Origin: Methanomicrobiaceae archaeon UBA207
Lineage (GTDB): Archaea; Halobacteriota; Methanomicrobia; Methanomicrobiales; Methanoculleaceae
NCBI GenBank assembly: GCA_002503135.1
Contig: DARA01000042.1
Span: 1 to 31,476, forward strand
DNA length: 31,476 bases
Reading direction: 5' to 3'
Made by a program: the position numbers and the translations under genes
Notes under the pieces: generated by a model
What the model was told of the DNA's origin: nothing
What the model saw: only the letters and a program-made list of their open reading frames with translations
The model's database searches: none
Shown here: positions 1-8,219 of the stretch, in pieces
Layout of the letters: every line of letters starts with the position of its first letter
How positions within the stretch are numbered: position 1 is the stretch's first letter

Positions 1-216
1 GTTGATAATGTTCTGGGCATAAATGCTGAATATGAGGATCAGAACAAGGGTCAATAATCGCATCCAGAGTTCGTGTGGATCCGGGGAAAACAATTGCTGG
101 ACGAAATCACCATCTTGGAAGAAAACGACATGTAGGGCAGATTCACAAATCCACAAGAGCGCTGCGAGACCGATTCCAGCCAGGATAATACGATATTTAT
201 CTGGTATAGTTTGCAT
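1..216 (-). CDS. Membrane-anchored signal-transduction protein, N-terminal part only (probable sensor kinase/PAS protein); runs off the window start
   Basis: My translation, not in the ORF track: ATG at 216 after a GGAGGGGTGAG SD-like motif, open to position 1. MQTIPDKYRIILAGIGLAALLWICESALHVVFFQDGDFVQQLFSPDPHELWMRLLTLVLILIFSIYAQNIIN has two hydrophobic segments. The P..HELWMR motif is one I associate with N-terminal membrane modules of sensor proteins (inference). Confidence 0.7.
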   Translation of the reverse strand, partial: MQTIPDKYRIILAGIGLAALLWICESALHVVFFQDGDFVQQLFSPDPHELWMRLLTLVLILIFSIYAQNIIN

Positions 217-217
217 C

Positions 218-550
218 TCACCCCTCCTTCTGCATTCCTCCTTTCTGGAGGTGAAAATCAACGCCACTGTTTATCGCTTCGATGACCAGCTCCTCCCGCC
301 CCTTCCCGGTGAAGATGATGAACGGGATCTCCGAACCACTCCCACGGACGGTCTTCAAAAACTCAATACCGTCCATCTCCGGCATCTCGTAATCAGAAAT
401 GATGGCGTCATAAGTGGCGGTCTGCATCTTATCCAGGGCTTCGCGTGCGGATGCGGGGGTATCAACAGTAAAATCGCCGGTCTTTTCGAGATACGTTTTT
501 GCGATATCCAGAATGAGGGGCTCATCATCCACTATTAACAGGGGGATCAT
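218..550 (-). CDS. Stand-alone response-regulator receiver (REC) protein, apparently lacking the last helix
   Basis: LIVDDEP acidic pocket, ISDYEMP phospho-acceptor Asp, IFTGKG Thr and LQKGG Lys. The ORF ends 5 residues after QKGG. Confidence 0.85.
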   Translation of the reverse strand: MIPLLIVDDEPLILDIAKTYLEKTGDFTVDTPASAREALDKMQTATYDAIISDYEMPEMDGIEFLKTVRGSGSEIPFIIFTGKGREELVIEAINSGVDFHLQKGGMQKEG

Positions 551-665
551 CCATCATCAGAATGGCAATGGTGTGCACCACTAAATAGATGTTCCGGTAA
601 TGTCGCATTCTGAAGGAATGTGATTGAGCCACTGAAAGTGAGGGAGTTTAAAATCTCACACCAAA

Positions 666-750
666 CGCCGGGAGGGAGATTTGAACTCCCGAGGTGCAGA
701 GCACCAGTGGCTTTCAAGGCCACCGCCTTTCCGGACTAGACTATCCCGGC
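666..750 (-). tRNA. tRNA-Ser(UGA), 85 nt, long variable arm, no encoded CCA
   Basis: Reverse complement GCCGGGATAGTCTAGTCCGGAAAGGCGGTGGCCTTGAAAGCCACTGGTGCTCTGCACCTCGGGAGTTCAAATCTCCCTCCCGGCG. Acceptor GCCGGGA/TCCCGGC, anticodon stem GTGGC/GCCAC with loop CTTGAAA, T-loop GTTCAAAT, discriminator G. Confidence 0.97.
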
Positions 751-849
751 TCGCCTTAAACTCTTTGACTTCCCAGTAAAAATAGGTTGTTCATCCCTGT
801 TCCGGGGCGATCTTTTTTCATGCCGGTATGACCAATCATTATACCACTG

Positions 850-1836
850 ATGATATCCTCTGACCATGAAAAGCCGCTTGCGTGCTGGATCTCAAAAGAC
901 CTGTACCAGGATGAAGTACTCAATTCACTGACAGTCATCTTCAGGACCGGAGGCTGTGCCTGGGACCGCTGCACCATGTGCGGTTACCGGCATGAACGCT
1001 ACCACGGACTCTCAGGCAGTGACCTGACCGCCCGCCTGCTCAGCCAGATCGCATGGGTCATGGCGGCGTTCGACAAAGACCGGTACCAGATGGTCAAGAT
1101 CTTCACCTCAGGAAGTTTTTTTGATCCCGATGAGGTTCCCGAGCCTGCCCGTCTTGCTGCGGCAGAGGCATTCTCAGGCAAGGTGATCATCGCCGAGACC
1201 CGCCCTGAATACGTGGATGCCGAAAGGCTGGGCGCGGTTCTCGAAGCAGCGGATACCGGTGCCTGGGACCGCCCCCTCTATGTTGCCATGGGTCTTGAGA
1301 CCACCAACGACCAGATCAGGGAGAAGTGCATCAACAAAGGCTTTACCTTTGAGGATTTCAAACACGCAGCTGCGGTGTCTCACCAGTCAGGTGCCGGTGT
1401 CAAGGCGTATCTCCTCATGAAACCCCTGTTTCTCACAGAACGCGAAGCCCTGGAAGACATGCACCATTCAATACAGGAGGCAGCCCCCTTCTCTGACCTG
1501 ATTTCCATGAACCCGTGCACAGTCCAGAGCCGCACCGACCTTGAGAGGTTCTGGAGACAGAGGGCATACCGTCCTCCCTACCTGTGGAGTGTGCTGGATG
1601 CCCTGATCAGGGCTGATCCCCATGTCACCTGCGACCCTGTGGGGGGGGGAAAGATGCGCGGTCCGCACAACTGCAGGCATTGTGACAGGGAGATCGTGGA
1701 CGGCATCCGGACCTACAGCCTGACCGGGGACCGGGGGCTCCTGGATGCCCTGATGGAGATCGACTGTTCATGCAAAAGAGAATGGGAGTATCTGCTTGAA
1801 GAGGAGATGCCGTCCTGGATGCCGCTCACGCGTTGA
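850..1836 (+). CDS. raSEA: Archaeosine biosynthesis radical SAM protein RaSEA (TIGR01210-like)
   Basis: IFRTGGCAWDRCTMCGY (CX4CX2C), KIFTSGSFFD, AETRPEY, MGLET, KAYLLMKP, SMNPCTVQ and the RPPYLWS and RGPHNC motifs typical of this family. Confidence 0.85.
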   Translation: MISSDHEKPLACWISKDLYQDEVLNSLTVIFRTGGCAWDRCTMCGYRHERYHGLSGSDLTARLLSQIAWVMAAFDKDRYQMVKIFTSGSFFDPDEVPEPARLAAAEAFSGKVIIAETRPEYVDAERLGAVLEAADTGAWDRPLYVAMGLETTNDQIREKCINKGFTFEDFKHAAAVSHQSGAGVKAYLLMKPLFLTEREALEDMHHSIQEAAPFSDLISMNPCTVQSRTDLERFWRQRAYRPPYLWSVLDALIRADPHVTCDPVGGGKMRGPHNCRHCDREIVDGIRTYSLTGDRGLLDALMEIDCSCKREWEYLLEEEMPSWMPLTR

Positions 1837-3061
1837 TACGCCCGTATCTGTGGATGTGTTTTGCGAGGAGGGGCATGAACGTCCCGGCATCACTGACGAC
1901 ACCGATCGCCTGCGTGGTGCCGCGGTCCATCAGTTTTGTCACTGATGCCGGGTTGATGTCAACGCAGATTGTCTTCACATATGAGGGGAGGCAGTTGCCC
2001 ACTGCTATGGAGTGAAGGAGCGTGCTGACCATCAGCATCATGTCGCAGTCCCTGATATGCTCCCTCATGGCGTCCTGGGCTGCCATGGCGTCGGTGATGA
2101 CATCAGGCAGGGGTCCGTCATCCCTGATTGAGCCCGCAATGACGAATGGCACATTGTTCTTTACGCATTCGTACATGATGCCGCTCTTAATGATGCCGCT
2201 CTCCACGGCACTCTGTATGGAGCCTGCCCGCATCACCTCGCTGATCGCATAAATGTGGTGTTTGTGTCCGCCTGTAACCAGCTTCCCTGTCTTCAGGTCC
2301 ATCCCCAGTGATGTGCCGAAGAGGCTGTATTCGATGTCATGGGTTGCGAGGGCATTGCCTGCAAAGAGCACGTCTATGTATCCGTCCCTGATGATCTTGG
2401 CAAGCGACTCGGCAGCACCTGTATGGATGATCGCAGGACCGCCCACGAACCCGATTTTACCGCCTTTTTTCTTGAGTGTGACGATCTCCCTGGCGATCTG
2501 CGTGATGATCGTCTCGCTCGGGCGCTCGGACGAGACGCTCCCCTGCATAAACTCAAAGGTGCTCACCTTCCGCGGGCGTTCAGGATAGGCAACCCTCACG
2601 CCCTGCTCGCCGATGACCACTGCATCTCTGGCAGTTAATTTTGAGAGGGGTGTGCAGACTGCTTTCCTCTCATCCTCTCTCACGACGATGAGGCAGTCCA
2701 TCTCGATATTCTCTACCTGCAGCCAGTCCCCCTGATATTTGATGTATGTCGGGTGATTGGTGGTTGAGTAAAATCCTTTGGGCACAATCCTGTCTCCCTC
2801 TGCCGGAAGAGTGGTGATATCGCCTACCTCTGGCTGGCGCGCACCCAGGCGGTGCAGTTCGCTGATTATTGAAGCAAGGCGCCCTTCATCAGGTGCACCC
2901 ACCTTGATCCTGGCGTAACTGGGATCTTTCTTCCTTTTGCCGACTTCAAAGATAAGGACTTCAAACTCGCCGCCCATATCCATAATCTTGTCAAATACGA
3001 GGGTCATGGTGCCGGAATCGATGATATGCCCCTCCAGCTCAATCTCCTGCGATGATCTCAT
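1826..3061 (-). CDS. TIGR00300 (LOR/SDH-type) family protein, ornithine cyclodeaminase homologous to the AgrE/ArgZ C-terminal module
   Basis: ELEGHIIDS start, FYSTTNHPT, EMDC, FEFMQGSVSSERP, GGPAIIHTG, GNALATHDIE, AGSIRDDGPLP, LHSIAVGN, VDINPASVTKLMDRG. Confidence 0.85.
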   Translation of the reverse strand: MRSSQEIELEGHIIDSGTMTLVFDKIMDMGGEFEVLIFEVGKRKKDPSYARIKVGAPDEGRLASIISELHRLGARQPEVGDITTLPAEGDRIVPKGFYSTTNHPTYIKYQGDWLQVENIEMDCLIVVREDERKAVCTPLSKLTARDAVVIGEQGVRVAYPERPRKVSTFEFMQGSVSSERPSETIITQIAREIVTLKKKGGKIGFVGGPAIIHTGAAESLAKIIRDGYIDVLFAGNALATHDIEYSLFGTSLGMDLKTGKLVTGGHKHHIYAISEVMRAGSIQSAVESGIIKSGIMYECVKNNVPFVIAGSIRDDGPLPDVITDAMAAQDAMREHIRDCDMMLMVSTLLHSIAVGNCLPSYVKTICVDINPASVTKLMDRGTTQAIGVVSDAGTFMPLLAKHIHRYGRINA

Positions 3062-3165
3062 ATGGTAACCTCTCTGCTGCTTCTGTAAATAGAGTTTTTC
3101 TTAATGATAACCTATGCCGCGGTTCATTCGCAGGGCAGGTGCACATGAGCGCTCTTCATGAACGC

Positions 3166-3780
3166 TTACCCACTGGTGGTTCTCCTCCTCTCCCTGCAGA
3201 GAAACCGCCGGACCTCTGTTAATTCTTTGCGGGTGTTGATATTAAAGACCAGCCTGTTGTCAGTGACCAGGAGTTTCCGCTCCTCCTGGGTCTCTGTGAT
3301 GAGGTCGCCTCGCAGGATATTGATGCCTGCCGGGCATGCCGTGACGCCGTCGATGCGCTCCGTATACTGCGTCCTGCACATGTGCGTGATACAGAGGCTG
3401 TGGGGGACCCAGGTGGAGAGGGCAGGTGTTCCCGACTCCCTGTATGCAGAGTCGATATGCCTGATAATCTCCTTCTTCAGGCACGGGATGTCTGAGACAC
3501 AGGTGAATAGCTGACCGTCTTCTCCTGTCCCGGAAACGGCTTCAATGATATCTTCAACATATCCTCCGCCGCCTGCCCTGAAGAGCGGGATGCCCTGTCC
3601 CCGACACCAGTTCAGGGTGTACGGCGTCTTGCGGGATGCGACCACTACCACTTCATATCCACCTCCCTCAAATGCGTCGATGATGTACTGGATCATCGGG
3701 ACCCCGCAGATGGTGACGAGTGGCTTTTCACCCATCCCGAGACGGATGCCGCTCCCTCCTGCCATGATCAGGGCAAGCAT
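3166..3780 (-). CDS. cobY: NTP transferase, probable adenosylcobinamide-phosphate guanylyltransferase CobY
   Basis: ALIMAGGSGIRLGMGEKPL nucleotidyltransferase signature, SDIP and NINTRKEL. Overlaps the stop of the cobD-like gene. Confidence 0.8.
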   Translation of the reverse strand: MLALIMAGGSGIRLGMGEKPLVTICGVPMIQYIIDAFEGGGYEVVVVASRKTPYTLNWCRGQGIPLFRAGGGGYVEDIIEAVSGTGEDGQLFTCVSDIPCLKKEIIRHIDSAYRESGTPALSTWVPHSLCITHMCRTQYTERIDGVTACPAGINILRGDLITETQEERKLLVTDNRLVFNINTRKELTEVRRFLCRERRRTTSG

Positions 3781-4766
3781 TCCCTGAGCGCCTCCACAAG
3801 CAGCCTGTTCTCCGGGCGTGTCCTGACTGCGATACGGATGGAATCAGGCAGCCCGAATGATGTGCAGTCCCTGACGAGCAGGTCATGGTTCAGCAGCCTC
3901 TCGGCGAGTGCTTGTGCAGGGAGCGGCACATGCACGAGGATGAAATTTGCCGACGGTCTCTCATATCTCAGGTTGAGATCCGCCAATTGGGAGCAGAGCC
4001 ATGAACGCTCCTCTGCAATGAGCCTGCGTGAGGACCCGAGCGCCTCATAGTGCCTGAATGCCTGGATGGCATAGTCTTCGGCGAGGACGTTTACTGTCCA
4101 TGGCAGGCGCACCACTTCAATGCGCGCGATGAGATCAGGGTCTCCAAAACCGTAACCAAACCTCAGACCCGGGACAGAGAAGCATTTTGTGAGTGAGCGG
4201 AGTATGAAGAGGTGGTCGTCCCTGACACCAGACAGACTCTCGGCAGGGTCTGAGAGCTCGATGAATGCCTCATCGAGAAACAGGAATGATCCATTGTCTG
4301 AGACGCGGTCAAGGATGGCGAGGACCTCCTCTCGCGGGAGCAACGTTCCTGTGGGGTTGTTCGGATTGCAGAGAAAACGGACGTTCGCCTCGTTTTCGCT
4401 CTGTGCCCTGGCAGCACCGGCAAGTTCTGCTGCCAGTTCATATTCCCCGAATGTCGGCGGTTTCAGATAGTATTTCCCGCCTTTTTTCAGGACGGCATAG
4501 CAGAACGCCCTGATAAGTTCGACCGAACCATTTCCAACACAGATCTCATCTGGATTGCGCTGGAATGTTCCGGCGATTACGCTCTTCAGGTCACTGTATG
4601 TGTCATCCGGGTAGTCTGAAAGTGCCCTGAGATCAGGATTCCATGTGAATTCAGGGACAAATGGGTTGAGATTTGCACTGAAATCAATCAGGTCTCTGCC
4701 TGTCACGGAGCGGCAATGCCGCACTCTGCCGCCGTGCACGCTTTTTGCAGGGAATTTTATGTTCAC
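3768..4766 (-). CDS. cobD: PLP-dependent class I/II aminotransferase-fold enzyme, probable threonine-phosphate decarboxylase CobD
   Basis: VHGG, DFSANLNP, YPD, GNGSVELI, CNPNNPTG, DEAF and RSLTKCFSVPGLRFGY (PLP Lys). Start placed at GTG 4766 behind GGAGAGGT. The cobY neighbour favours CobD over HisC. Confidence 0.75.
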   Translation of the reverse strand: MNIKFPAKSVHGGRVRHCRSVTGRDLIDFSANLNPFVPEFTWNPDLRALSDYPDDTYSDLKSVIAGTFQRNPDEICVGNGSVELIRAFCYAVLKKGGKYYLKPPTFGEYELAAELAGAARAQSENEANVRFLCNPNNPTGTLLPREEVLAILDRVSDNGSFLFLDEAFIELSDPAESLSGVRDDHLFILRSLTKCFSVPGLRFGYGFGDPDLIARIEVVRLPWTVNVLAEDYAIQAFRHYEALGSSRRLIAEERSWLCSQLADLNLRYERPSANFILVHVPLPAQALAERLLNHDLLVRDCTSFGLPDSIRIAVRTRPENRLLVEALRECLP

Positions 4767-4840
4767 GCTGGTGCTTACCTCTCCTTTTAAAATGATTGAT
4801 TTGCATGCCATAAAACGATTTTGAGGGCGCCCTCCCTGCG

Positions 4841-4960
4841 AGTCAGAAACTATATATATGATTGGGGTATTATGAGAACCTATCAAGAATCAGACAAGGG
4901 GAGTACAGATGTCTGACGATTGACTGACATATAACAGACATATGTCAGATATTAGTGGTA
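4841..4960. promoter_or_regulatory. Divergent cobD / cdrS-ftsZ promoter region with TATA-like tract and clustered GACA/TGTC dyads
   Basis: TATATATA within 4851-4859; TCAGACA(4890-4896)/TGTCTGA(4910-4916); CTGACAT(4924-4930)/ATGTCAG(4942-4948); GACATATGTC palindrome 4937-4946. Confidence 0.55.
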
Positions 4961-4962
4961 GC

Positions 4963-5142
4963 ATGATGAACAGAATAACAGTCCGGCTGCCTCGCCAGCA
5001 GATCGTGTTGCTTGAGAAACTGGTCGAGTCCGGGCAGTTCCCCTCAGTCTCAGAGACCGTCCGGTATGCGGTCAGGGACCTTCTCGAAAGGCAGGGCGAC
5101 CGCGTGATGAGGGAAAGCGATCTGATTTCGGTTAAGTTTTAG
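4963..5142 (+). CDS. cdrS: Ribbon-helix-helix (CopG/Arc/MetJ) regulator upstream of ftsZ, CdrS-like
   Basis: RITVRLPRQQIVLLEKLVESGQFPSVSETVRYAVRDLL is an RHH pattern. Its position directly before ftsZ matches the cdrS-ftsZ2 operon of haloarchaea. Start could also be 4942. Confidence 0.8.
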   Translation: MMNRITVRLPRQQIVLLEKLVESGQFPSVSETVRYAVRDLLERQGDRVMRESDLISVKF

Positions 5143-5153
5143 GAGGTTGAGTT

Positions 5154-6287
5154 ATGCAGTCTATTATAAATGAGGCTCTGAAGCATTCGGAACGTGAAAA
5201 GTCTATCAACAGAGTAATTGAAGGTGAAGAGGATTACCTCGGTCAGCCGAGGATAGTGATCGTTGGTTGCGGGGGTGCCGGCAACAATACCGTCAACCGC
5301 CTCTACCACATGGGTGTAAGCGGTGCCGAGACGATTGCGATGAATACCGATAAGCAGCACCTGGATATGGTCCAGGCAGACAAGCGCGTGCTCATCGGCA
5401 AATCGCTCACAAAGGGTCTTGGCGCAGGTGGATTCCCTGACATAGGCAGGCGTGCCGCCGAGATGGCGAGACCCACACTCGAAACCCTGCTTGAGGAAGC
5501 CGACCTCTGTTTCATCACTGCAGGTATGGGCGGGGGTACAGGTACCGGCACCGCCCCTATCGTGGCGCAGATTGCAAAGGAGCAGGGCGCCATCGTTGTC
5601 GCGATGGTCAGTTATCCGTTCCAGGTGGAAAAAGCCAGGCTCCTCCGTGCAGAGGAAGGGCTTGAAGCACTCTCACAGGCAGCAGACTCGGTCATCGTCC
5701 TCGACAACAACCGCCTGATCAGCTTTGTCCCGAATCTGCCGCTCGGGCAGGCATTCTCTGTTATGGACCAGCTGATCGCCGAGACCGTAAAGGGTATCAG
5801 CGAGACGATCACCGAGCCGTCGCTCATCAATATCGATTATGCGGATGTCCGCGCCATCATGAGCAAAGGCGGAGTCGCCGTCATGCTGGTCGGTGAGTCC
5901 AAGCAGCAGAACAAGGCTGAGAGCGTCGTCCACGAGTGCCTCAACCATCCCCTGCTTGACATCGATTACCGTGGTGCAACCGGCAGCCTGATTCACATCA
6001 CAGGCGGCAGCGACCTGACCCTGCAGGATGCGGAGGAGATCGCAAGTACGCTCACATATGAACTTGATCCGCATGCGGATGTGATCTGGGGTGCCCGCGT
6101 AAACAGTGACTATGAGGGCAGGGTGCGCGTCATGGCGATCATGACCGGTGTTAAGAGCGCCCAGATTCTGGGCGGAGCCCGGTTATTTGAACGGGTTGCA
6201 ACTCCCGCCCCTGGACTTGGCATCCATTCCTCTGCGGCTTCACGAATGACCGAATCTGCGAGCGGACACCTCATAGACTTCCTCTGA
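5154..6287 (+). CDS. ftsZ: Cell division GTPase FtsZ (FtsZ2-type by context)
   Basis: [22 protein letters not shown], tubulin signature [23 protein letters not shown]. Confidence 0.97.
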   Translation: MQSIINEALKHSEREKSINRVIEGEEDYLGQPRIVIVGCGGAGNNTVNRLYHMGVSGAETIAMNTDKQHLDMVQADKRVLIGKSLTKGLGAGGFPDIGRRAAEMARPTLETLLEEADLCFITAGMGGGTGTGTAPIVAQIAKEQGAIVVAMVSYPFQVEKARLLRAEEGLEALSQAADSVIVLDNNRLISFVPNLPLGQAFSVMDQLIAETVKGISETITEPSLINIDYADVRAIMSKGGVAVMLVGESKQQNKAESVVHECLNHPLLDIDYRGATGSLIHITGGSDLTLQDAEEIASTLTYELDPHADVIWGARVNSDYEGRVRVMAIMTGVKSAQILGGARLFERVATPAPGLGIHSSAASRMTESASGHLIDFL

Positions 6288-6302
6288 AGCCCTCCTGAAT
6301 AC

Positions 6303-6313
6303 CTTCTTTTTTT
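6303..6313 (+). terminator. Archaeal oligo-T terminator candidate after ftsZ
   Basis: CTTCTTTTTTT with T7 at 6307-6313, about 20 nt after the stop codon. Confidence 0.45.
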
Positions 6314-6409
6314 GGGGCGCGCGTGTCTTTCGGGCATCGTGACTACTTTGCGGTGCTGAAATATAGCCCTCCCAGAGAGCATGATGCTCATATTGAATCA
6401 AAGGATCCT

Positions 6410-6425
6410 CATGAGGTCCCCACCC
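6410..6425. repeat. Dispersed 16-nt repeat CATGAGGTCCCCACCC, copy 1
   Basis: Identical 16-mer at 10493-10508, same orientation. Both copies lie between convergent genes. Confidence 0.8.
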
Positions 6426-6487
6426 CTGGTGGCGTGATGTCCCAACCACTATAAAAATTGTAAAAGAGGGGATTGTCATCCGGTGGT

Positions 6488-7776
6488 CTATGACCTTCTC
6501 CTGAAGAAGAGCACACCGCAGATGACCAGTGCGACCAGTGCGCCGGCGCCGATGAACCCTGGTGCCGCTTCTGTCTGGACCGGGCTCAGTGCAAGGGCTG
6601 CGTTGGTTGTCTGCCCTGCAGTGACTGTGACCGTCGTTGTCCCGTCATTATAGCCCGCGAGTTGTGCAGTGACCGTATGGGTGCCGGCAGGCAGATCACT
6701 GACAGTCAGCTCAGAGACACCCTTCAGCACATTGTCGATCATGATTGATGCACCCGTGGGTGTCGTCGTGACATGGACAGAGCCTGTGGCTGAAGGACCT
6801 GGTATCATGGACGCATATGCCTGTGATGTCGTGGCAGACCTGACATCCACCGTGGATGTGTAGTCCTGGTATCCGCTCAGTCTGACAGTGACCGTATGGG
6901 TGCCAGCTGCGGTACTCGCATGCGCCAGCGGCGTGAGACCATTGTATGCCCCGTCTATGTACACCTGAGCCCCTGACGGCGAGGAGGAGACCGAGATATA
7001 TCCCGGTGATACCGGAATCGGGTTGAGATTGGCGTGGACCGCGACGTTGCCGCCTGCCGGAACATTCACAGTCTGCTTCCAGTCATAGTAGCCATTGAGG
7101 TCTATCTCGATGATGTGGGTACCTGTTGAAACATCAGTGATAGTCATCGGCGTCCTGCCTTTGTATGCCCCGTCCCTGTATACGTATGCATAGGTCGGGT
7201 TTGAAGTGACTGTGATCGAACCCGGTTGGGGGATGGGTGTGAGAGCAAAGTGATATGGCGTTGTCTGCCCTGCAGTGACTGTGACCGTGTCAGGACAGGC
7301 TTCATAGCCCTCCTCATCAAGCTCGATATGGTACGAACCGGCATCAAGGTTGGTGATCGTCAGAGGAGTCACGCCCCGGTATGAACCACTCAGATATACC
7401 TGTGCACCTGTGGGGTAGGACGTGATGGAGAGCCCTCCTTTTGGGGGGGTGTGGGGTTCAGGGTTACATATATGTCTCTCGTCTCCCCTTGACCTGGTGC
7501 AGGTGAGAGGCTTTCCTCGTCGCTGGTATAACCGTCTTTTTCAACCCTGACTGTTGAATAGGGTGTAGCCGTGGTGTAGACCGGCACATTGAGCTCACCG
7601 CCCGCGATCATGCCCTTGTATTCACCGTCAAAATAGACGCTGGTGCCGTCCACATTGCAGTGGATCACGTACCAGCCCTGGTCCCCGCCAATCTGGGCAG
7701 AGGCGCTGACCGGGATAACTGCGAGGAGCACGAGCAGTGCCAGCACTCACGTTACAATCTTTCGTGAAATCATCAT
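6488..7776 (-). pseudogene. PEGA-domain cell-surface protein with PGF-CTERM-like anchor, disrupted by an in-frame TGA and a 1-nt frameshift
   Basis: Signal peptide MMISRKIVT*VLALLVLLAVIPVSASA with TGA at 7747-7749. N-terminal module GWYVIHCNVDG, then a frame change at C7/A4 (7439-7449). Four PEGA repeats follow (S.P.GA.VY.DG.Y.G.TP) and the C-terminus is EAAPGFIGAGALVALVICGVLFFRRRS. The two track ORFs 6488-7372 and 7390-7746 are pieces of one gene. Confidence 0.8.
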
Positions 7777-7944
7777 CTTATCTCCTAATGGTTTCAAACG
7801 CCTTTATCTCACTGTCTGATGTTAATTGTTTCTGTTGTGAGATCTGCACTGCCGCATCTCCCGCCTCTGACCGGACCGTGTCCGGATCGTGTCCGGAAGT
7901 CCTGCGGCATCTTCTCCATACTGCGAAATCTTTAAGAATATAGG

Positions 7945-7967
7945 TGACGTTTGAATAATAGACGTCA
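7945..7967. promoter_or_regulatory. Dyad TGACGT-N11-ACGTCA, candidate operator
   Basis: Perfect 6-bp inverted repeat next to the AT-rich TTTAAGAATA (7931-7940) in a divergent intergenic region. Confidence 0.4.
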
Positions 7968-8219
7968 AGCATATGTCCCACAGCACTTCATTGCCGGGGC
8001 AGTGTCGGGTTGAAAGGCGCTCCTGGCGCTCTTTCAGGTATCGGGAGTTGAATATTATGAACAGACAGTCGAATAACTGGCTCTGCCAGGGTCCGGAAAA
8101 ATGGCTCTTTTCGTCTCGTTGCTTCATACCTATCTTTCACTTCTCCCCGAATGCTGTAAACTGTGTGCTGCTTTTGGCATGGGACTTAGACAGGCATCAA
8201 TGTTGAGGATTGGTAACGC

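Noticed and set aside
560-760. tRNA-Ser as an integration site for an island to the left
   Set aside because: No duplicated tRNA 3' end or integrase in the window; the left flank is too short to judge.
7747-7749. Selenocysteine readthrough of the TGA in the PEGA gene
   Set aside because: It lies in a signal peptide, not a catalytic Cys position, and Sec decoding is not known in this order.
7990-8110. Possible SRP RNA (CCAGGGTCCGGAA; TGAAAGGCGC/GCGCTCTTTCA hairpin at 8011-8036)
   Set aside because: The helix-8 partner (GGAAGGGAGCA-like) and long terminal helices are not present; one hairpin is insufficient.
7822-8206. Track ORFs in the PEGA / coiled-coil gap
   Set aside because: Atypical composition, mutually overlapping, no motifs; treated as non-coding.
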